A DNA stretch of 64,000 nucleotides from the NCBI GenBank assembly GCA_963676835.2, contig CAXXFF010000002.1, positions 320,001 through 384,000 on the forward strand. Direction: 5' to 3'. Position 1 is the stretch's first letter, and each line of letters begins with the position of its first letter. This stretch comes from Marispirochaeta sp. (GTDB lineage Bacteria > Spirochaetota > Spirochaetia > JC444 > Marispirochaetaceae). Below are positions 58,296 to 64,000 of this stretch, piece by piece. The translations under genes and the position numbers were made by a program. The notes under the pieces were generated by a model. The model made no database searches. It saw nothing but the letters and a program-made list of their open reading frames with translations, and had not been told where the DNA came from.

Positions 58296-59114
58296 TCAGA
58301 TAAATTTGCGATAGATACAGGCCCAGTCGGTCTTAAGAAACTCAAAATCGGTCTTCATGCCAAAGAGTGATTCGGAATGACCGATAAAAAGATAGGAGTG
58401 GTTACCCATGGATTGCCAGAACTTCTGGATAACAGCCTCCTGAGCAGGCTCATCAAAATAGATAATAACATTGCGGCAGAACACCAGATCAAGTCCCCGC
58501 TGTCCGGAATCGAACTTGAGATTGTGATAATCGAACTTTATCAGCTTCTTGATCTCGTCCTTTACCCTGTGCCCGTCGGCGGAGGGCTCAAAGTACTTTT
58601 TCAGATACTTCTCGGGGACACCGTTCAAACGGGATTCCGGATAGTACCCTTCCTGGGCGGTCATCAGGGATTTAAGGCTCAGATCCGAGGCGGTTATCTC
58701 TATACTGAAATCAAGGGGAAGAAGATCCTTGAAAACCATGGCAAGGGAGTAGGGCTCTTCTCCGGTGGAACAGCCGGCACTCCAGATACGGATTTTGTGA
58801 TCCCTGGCCGCCTGTTTGTGCTGAATCAGTTCTGGAATAACATGGTACTCCAATGTCTGAAAGTGGGCGGTATTGCGGAAAAACCGGGTAAGGTTGGTGG
58901 TTACTGAATCGAGAAGGACTTTCAGTTCCCCCTCGTCTTCACGAATCTTCTTAAAATAGAGTGCCGGAGTCTCGATCTTTGTATTGCGGAGCCGCTCTTT
59001 GAGCCTGCTTTCCAGAATCGATCTGTTGGAAGCAGAAAAATGGATGCCGCTCTCGTTGTAGATGAGATCTCTGTATTGATCAAATTCCTGATCAGTTAAA
59101 AACAGTATTGCCAT
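58296..59114 (-). CDS. cheR: Chemotaxis methyltransferase
   Basis: TTNLTRFFR, IWSAGCSTGEEPYS and FCRNVIIYF; start at MAILF 59114. Confidence 0.96.
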   Translation of the reverse strand: MAILFLTDQEFDQYRDLIYNESGIHFSASNRSILESRLKERLRNTKIETPALYFKKIREDEGELKVLLDSVTTNLTRFFRNTAHFQTLEYHVIPELIQHKQAARDHKIRIWSAGCSTGEEPYSLAMVFKDLLPLDFSIEITASDLSLKSLMTAQEGYYPESRLNGVPEKYLKKYFEPSADGHRVKDEIKKLIKFDYHNLKFDSGQRGLDLVFCRNVIIYFDEPAQEAVIQKFWQSMGNHSYLFIGHSESLFGMKTDFEFLKTDWACIYRKFI

Positions 59115-59214
59115 AATCGTCTGAGGTAAAGTGTATGAGGTGAATGAACAGGTGTCAACTTCACATGAGAAATTTCCGAAAAATGAGTATACAGGTGCTA
59201 TACTGAAGAAGGTA

Positions 59215-59697
59215 ATGAAGAAGATGCTGGTGCGTGCGCAAATACACGGAATTGCCCTGGAACAGGAATCACAACTTCCTATTGTTCTGCTGAAAACAAA
59301 ATGTCCTGAAGGAATACTCCCGATGCCCGTAGGGCCTGCGGAAGCAAGCTCCATCATAGTGGAGATTGAAGGGGTGCACCCTCCCCGGCCGCTTCCCCAC
59401 GACCTGATTGCCGATATTTTCCGCCGCCACCGCTTTGTCATGGAATACTGTGAAATCCGGGAGCATCTGGATGATTTTTTCACCGCCTACATTCATTACC
59501 GCCGGGGCTTCAGGAAATTCTCCATGGAAGTCCGGCCCAGCGACGGCATCGCCATGTCCCTGAAGCTTGAAACTCCCATAATGGTCAATCCCGAACTGCT
59601 TGCCCGGGGGGAATCAGATGCCGAAGTCTTCAGCTATCTCCATGGTGAGGATATTCTGCTCCTGGAACCGTCACATCTGAAAAACGAAGCCGTCTGA
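59215..59697 (+). CDS. Bifunctional nuclease (DUF151) family protein
   Basis: PIVLLK, LPM.VG..EA, PRPL.HDL and RPSD.IA. Confidence 0.88.
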   Translation: MKKMLVRAQIHGIALEQESQLPIVLLKTKCPEGILPMPVGPAEASSIIVEIEGVHPPRPLPHDLIADIFRRHRFVMEYCEIREHLDDFFTAYIHYRRGFRKFSMEVRPSDGIAMSLKLETPIMVNPELLARGESDAEVFSYLHGEDILLLEPSHLKNEAV

Positions 59698-59759
59698 CAG
59701 CTCCATCCCGGGGTCTCCAGGTTGACCTCGGCACCCATATTCCGGGATAATCGGTGTAC

Positions 59760-61370
59760 ATGAAGAAATACATATTCGTCACCGGCGGAGTATGCTCCAG
59801 TCTCGGTAAAGGTATAGCCGCTTCCTCCCTGGGAAGCCTTTTGGAATGCCGCGGCCTCAAGGTCCGTATGATCAAGATTGACCCCTACATCAACGTTGAT
59901 GCGGGAACCATGAGCCCCTATCAGCACGGGGAAGTATACGTCACCGATGACGGTGCGGAAACAGACCTGGACCTGGGCAACTACGCCCGCTTTACCAACA
60001 GCCCCTTAAGCCAGGCAAACTCCATTACCACCGGACAGGTATACCAGTCGGTAATTACCAAAGAGCGTGAAGGACGCTACCTGGGACGCACCGTACAGGT
60101 CATTCCCCATATTACAGATGAGATCAAGCAGCGGATTTTCCGCATCGGCGAAGCGCAGGAGGCGGAGGTAACCATCATTGAGGTGGGAGGCACCGTCGGC
60201 GATATTGAAAGTATCCCCTTTCTGGAAGCAGCCCGGCAGTTCAGCCACGATGTGGGCAAAGGGAACGTAATTTTCGTTCACCTCACCCTGGTGCCGGAGG
60301 TAACCGGCGGCGAGATGAAGACAAAACCCACCCAGCACTCGGTAAAACAGCTGCTGGAAATCGGTATTGTCCCGGATATGCTCCTCTGCCGTTCCACCAA
60401 GCCCCTGGAAGAGAGCATGCGCTCAAAAATAGCCCTCTTCACCAACGTTGACGACGAGGCGGTAATTTCAGCCCACGACGCGGCTTCAACCATCTATGAA
60501 ATTCCCATTGCCTACCACAACGAAGGTCTTGATGATATTGCCGTGGCAAAGCTGTGTCTGGAAACACCGCCCATCGACCTGAGTGCCTGGGAAAAGGTTG
60601 TGGCAACCCTGAAAGAAGCGGAACACACCGTAAAAATTGCCCTGGTAGGAAAATACATCGACCTCAACGACACCTATAAATCAGTCCACGAGGCCCTGTA
60701 TCACGGCGGAATCGCCAATAATGTCAAAGTGGATATTATCAAGGTTGATGCGGAGCACCTGGAAAAAACAGACAATCCCGGTGAGTACCTTGAAGGGGCC
60801 CACGGAATACTTATTCCCGGCGGATTCGGCCAGCGGGGAATTAACGGAATGGTGAAAGCCGCCCAGTACGCCCGGCAGCAGGCCGTCCCCTGTTTCGGCA
60901 TCTGTCTGGGACTGCAGGTTATGGTCATAGAGTATGCCCGCAACGTCCTCGGAATAGAAGACGCAGACTCCTCGGAGTTCTCTCCCGACGGGAAGAACTC
61001 CGTTATCAGCCTTCTGGAAGAGCAGGTTGATGTAACCCACTACGGCGGAACCATGAGACTGGGCCGCAGCGAGACCCACCTTAATCCGGATACCATGATC
61101 CGGGAGATCTACGGCAGTGAAACTGTCTTTGAGCGGCATCGTCACCGCTATGAGGTATCCAATAAATACCGGGAACAGCTGGAAGGGGAAGGACTGATTA
61201 TCTGCGGACTCACTCCCGACAAGGCCCTGGTTGAATCCGTACAGTGGCCGGACCATCCCTGGGGAATCGGGGTTCAGTTTCATCCGGAATTTCAGTCAAA
61301 ACCGACAGAGTCACACCCTCTTTTCCGCAGCTTTATCGCAGCCAGCAACGAGGTGCGGGGCCGGAAGTGA
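59760..61370 (+). CDS. pyrG: CTP synthase
   Basis: KYIFVTGGV.SSLGKG, KTKPTQHSV, GICLG and QFHPEF. Confidence 0.98.
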   Translation: MKKYIFVTGGVCSSLGKGIAASSLGSLLECRGLKVRMIKIDPYINVDAGTMSPYQHGEVYVTDDGAETDLDLGNYARFTNSPLSQANSITTGQVYQSVITKEREGRYLGRTVQVIPHITDEIKQRIFRIGEAQEAEVTIIEVGGTVGDIESIPFLEAARQFSHDVGKGNVIFVHLTLVPEVTGGEMKTKPTQHSVKQLLEIGIVPDMLLCRSTKPLEESMRSKIALFTNVDDEAVISAHDAASTIYEIPIAYHNEGLDDIAVAKLCLETPPIDLSAWEKVVATLKEAEHTVKIALVGKYIDLNDTYKSVHEALYHGGIANNVKVDIIKVDAEHLEKTDNPGEYLEGAHGILIPGGFGQRGINGMVKAAQYARQQAVPCFGICLGLQVMVIEYARNVLGIEDADSSEFSPDGKNSVISLLEEQVDVTHYGGTMRLGRSETHLNPDTMIREIYGSETVFERHRHRYEVSNKYREQLEGEGLIICGLTPDKALVESVQWPDHPWGIGVQFHPEFQSKPTESHPLFRSFIAASNEVRGRK

Positions 61371-61957
61371 TCCGGGCCGCCAGAGTCCTCTGCAATCTGC
61401 TGTTTTTCCTGCCCGCTGTTTCTCTGCTGGCAGGAGCCTGCAGCCTGGACTACCAGGAGCTCGCTGAAGATCTGGACGAAAACACCCCGGCAGTTGAAAT
61501 GATGGGGGTCCGTCTGGTGAGCGTGGAAAACGGCAGAGAGCACTCCAGGGTGGAAGCCGAAAGGATTGCGGACTTTGACAAACTCTACAAGAGAACCATA
61601 GAGGGCGGAAAATTCACCGAGTACGATGAGCCGGGAGATATAAGCGCTGAAGGAGAGGCGGTTCTGATAACCATCGACACCAGGACCGACAATGCGGTTC
61701 TTGAAGGACATATCCGCTTCAATTCAGTCCGCGACAAGGCAACGGTCAGTGCAGAATACCTGGAATGGAACGACAGTGACCGCCTTCTCTCCGGAAATCC
61801 CGCCGGAGAGGTTCTGCTGGAGAAAGAAGACGGTACAACTATCCGGGGCACCGGCTTCAGCGCCGATTTTCCTTCCCGGATCTTCCGCTTTGCAGGCAGA
61901 GCCTCCGGTATATGGAAGGGGAGCGATAAAAGCGATACAGAAGCAGGTCTTCCCTGA
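61367..61957 (+). CDS. lptC: LPS export periplasmic protein LptC-like
   Basis: GTG overlapping the pyrG stop; lipoprotein-like leader; beta-rich with I.GTGFSAD; operon position. Confidence 0.7.
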   Translation: MIRAARVLCNLLFFLPAVSLLAGACSLDYQELAEDLDENTPAVEMMGVRLVSVENGREHSRVEAERIADFDKLYKRTIEGGKFTEYDEPGDISAEGEAVLITIDTRTDNAVLEGHIRFNSVRDKATVSAEYLEWNDSDRLLSGNPAGEVLLEKEDGTTIRGTGFSADFPSRIFRFAGRASGIWKGSDKSDTEAGLP

Positions 61958-62652
61958 TGAAAACCGGACTCCTGAATTTGTGCGCCCTTCTATTCTGTAT
62001 ATCAGCCGCATACTCTATCTTCGGCGAGAGCCAGCTTACCTTCTCTGCGGATTCAACCGTCGCCCGCTTTGCAGCCGGAAAGGAAGAGACCGATCTCATC
62101 GGCAACGCCAGGGTTGAGACCGATGAAATTGATATCTCCGCCGATCAGATAGAACTTTTCGGCGAAGATTTCCGCTACCTCCGCTGCAGCGGTTCGGTTG
62201 AACTGAATCACAAGACACGGGACTTTCTCATCTCCTCCTCCCAGCTGTTTGTAGACAGAGATGAGGAGATTTCCCGGATAACCGGCTACGCAGAGATGCA
62301 GGACGGCGCCAACGGGCTGCTGATCCGTGGCGGCTTTTTTGAAGACCGGGGCGGCGAAGAGGGGATCACCCTCATACAGATGGGTGTACGAATAATGAAA
62401 ATCGCCGACGGAGAGGTTATGATCTGCCGCTCCGAGTTCGCCCGCTATTTCCGGGACCGGAAAATTCTGGAACTCTCCGGGCTTCCCCGGGTAGACTGGA
62501 AGGGAGATGTTTACCAGGCATCCCGAATCCTCATAGACCTTGAAACAGATGAAATACGGCTGGAAGGCCAGGTAACCGGAACCGTTGAAACTGAAGAATC
62601 TCCCCAGGCGGCCGGGAATAGCCAAAACAGCGATGGACTGGATGCGGAATGA
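61957..62652 (+). CDS. lptA: LptA/OstA-family protein
   Basis: FSAD, L.GNA.V and ISAD.IEL OstA pattern; lies between lptC and lptB. Confidence 0.75.
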   Translation: MKTGLLNLCALLFCISAAYSIFGESQLTFSADSTVARFAAGKEETDLIGNARVETDEIDISADQIELFGEDFRYLRCSGSVELNHKTRDFLISSSQLFVDRDEEISRITGYAEMQDGANGLLIRGGFFEDRGGEEGITLIQMGVRIMKIADGEVMICRSEFARYFRDRKILELSGLPRVDWKGDVYQASRILIDLETDEIRLEGQVTGTVETEESPQAAGNSQNSDGLDAE

Positions 62653-63374
62653 GTGAACTCTTTGTAGAAGGCCTGAAAAAAAGCTTCGGCAAAAAGACTG
62701 CGGTACGTGATGTAAGTTTCTCGATGAAGAATGGCGAGATTGTCGGACTGCTTGGCCCCAACGGTGCCGGAAAAACCACGGTATTCTATATGATCGTTGG
62801 CTTCATAAAAGCCGGAGGCGGATCAATCCGCATGGATTCTGAGGAGATCACCAGAATGCCCATGTACCAGAGAGCCCGCCGCGGCATTACCTACCTCCCT
62901 CAGGAAGCTTCGGTTTTCCGCAAACTTTCCGTGGAAGACAACATAAGGGCGGTACTCGAAACACGGCAGGATCTTTCCCGGGAGCAGAAAAAGGAGACCC
63001 TGGAGTCGCTGCTGGAAGAACTGGGCATCGCCCATGTTCGGACCCAGAAAGGCTACACCCTCTCAGGCGGAGAACGGCGCAGAACGGAAATTGCACGCAG
63101 CCTGGCCTCATCTCCCCGGTTTCTCCTTTTGGATGAACCCTTTGCCGGCATAGACCCCATTGCGGTTCATGAAATAAAACGTATAGTCCAAGCACTTTCA
63201 GCCAAGGGAATCGGCATCCTGATTACCGACCATAACGTCAGGGATACCCTGGAGATAACCGACCGCTCATATATTATCAACATGGGTGAGATTCTGGTCT
63301 CAGGCGGAAAAACCGAAATACTCGAGTCTGAGACAGCCCGCGAAATCTATCTTGGTGCCGAATTCCGGATGTAA
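62649..63374 (+). CDS. lptB: LPS export ABC transporter ATPase
   Basis: GPNGAGKTT, YLPQEASVFRKL, LSGGERRR and ITDHNVR. Confidence 0.95.
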   Translation: MSELFVEGLKKSFGKKTAVRDVSFSMKNGEIVGLLGPNGAGKTTVFYMIVGFIKAGGGSIRMDSEEITRMPMYQRARRGITYLPQEASVFRKLSVEDNIRAVLETRQDLSREQKKETLESLLEELGIAHVRTQKGYTLSGGERRRTEIARSLASSPRFLLLDEPFAGIDPIAVHEIKRIVQALSAKGIGILITDHNVRDTLEITDRSYIINMGEILVSGGKTEILESETAREIYLGAEFRM

Positions 63375-63392
63375 ACCCGGAAGCAGAATCAA

Positions 63393-63421
63393 TTGACAAA
63401 AGGGCCCGGCACGCCTAGTAT
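63393..63421 (+). promoter_or_regulatory. sigma70 promoter of rpoN
   Basis: TTGACA-17-TAGTAT. Confidence 0.7.
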
Positions 63422-63451
63422 TAATCATAGCAGCTCCCTGGAGGATCTCAG

Positions 63452-64000
63452 GTGCAGTACCAGAAGCCTGTATTAGTTCAGCAGCAGAAGCTCAAAATGA
63501 GCCCTCAGCTTTATCAGTCCATACAACTCATGGCCCTTCCGATACAGGATCTGCGCCTGAAAATACGGGAAGAACTTGAGCGGAATCCCGCCCTGGAAAT
63601 AGTCTCGGAAAAGCAGGCTCTTTCCATCGACGAAAGTAAAGGCAGCGGCGAAGACTACGATGCATTTGAAAACTCTTCCGACCCGGGCTACAGTTCCAGT
63701 TTTGACAGGGATGCCAGCGACCGTAAACAGAAATTTCTGGAAGGCGCCCTCTCCCGGTCGGAATCCCTGCAGGACCATCTGCTCTGGCAGTGGCGGCTGC
63801 AGCCCCTTGATGACGATCTGTTTAAACTGGGAGAACTTCTTATCCAGAACCTTGATCAGGACGGCTTTCATCAGGAAAAACCGGAATCGTTCCTGAAGCC
63901 GGAACAGGCCCTCCGCCTTTCCGAGGCTGCAAACCTGATTCAGGCCCTTGAACCCGTGGGAACCTGTACCGCAGACTACAAGGAGAGCCTGATCGTCCAG
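63452..64000 (+). CDS. rpoN: RNA polymerase sigma-54 factor (5' part; runs off the window)
   Basis: GTG after GGAGG; MQYQKPVLVQQQKLKMSPQLYQSIQLMAL..EELERNPALE..SLQDHLLWQ. Confidence 0.93.
   Translation, partial: MQYQKPVLVQQQKLKMSPQLYQSIQLMALPIQDLRLKIREELERNPALEIVSEKQALSIDESKGSGEDYDAFENSSDPGYSSSFDRDASDRKQKFLEGALSRSESLQDHLLWQWRLQPLDDDLFKLGELLIQNLDQDGFHQEKPESFLKPEQALRLSEAANLIQALEPVGTCTADYKESLIVQ

Noticed and set aside
59115..59483. N-terminal extension of CheR in the ORF track
   Set aside because: Overlaps the divergent DUF151 gene; CheR similarity begins at ATG 59114.

Overview
Bacterial chromosomal window, most likely from a free-living spirochaete (inferred from a FlcA-like flagellar-collar gene, a spirochaete-style 'FAAGQGE' binding-protein leader and the pyrG-lptCAB-rpoN block). 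Most of it is housekeeping or metabolic: trxA, a trpE-GD-CF-B-A operon, ssb, manC, ilvE, lipBA, MATE, LacI-uxaBA, CDF, a GntR/cyclase/sugar-ABC cluster, GTP-PEPCK, rsgA, two tandem diguanylate cyclases, oadGAB, hsp20, cheRB, pyrG and lptCAB-rpoN. The standout is a visibly AT-richer accessory region at about 9.3-18.1 kb. It holds two tandem Rpn-family PD-(D/E)XK genes, each with an internal Shine-Dalgarno/ATG for a small C-terminal product, bracketed by two nonsense-interrupted copies of a small coiled-coil/transmembrane gene. Five intact copies of that gene form a tandem array in which each copy has a different number of 'DKRF' heptads (5, 4, 1, 7, 2) and its own conserved 76-nt leader, which is related to the Rpn leaders. 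Other unannotated signals are an 11-codon leader ORF upstream of rsgA, a 41-aa membrane micro-protein after hsp20 and a candidate RNA thermometer. No tRNA, rRNA or CRISPR array was seen. All family assignments are by eye from motifs, with no database search.
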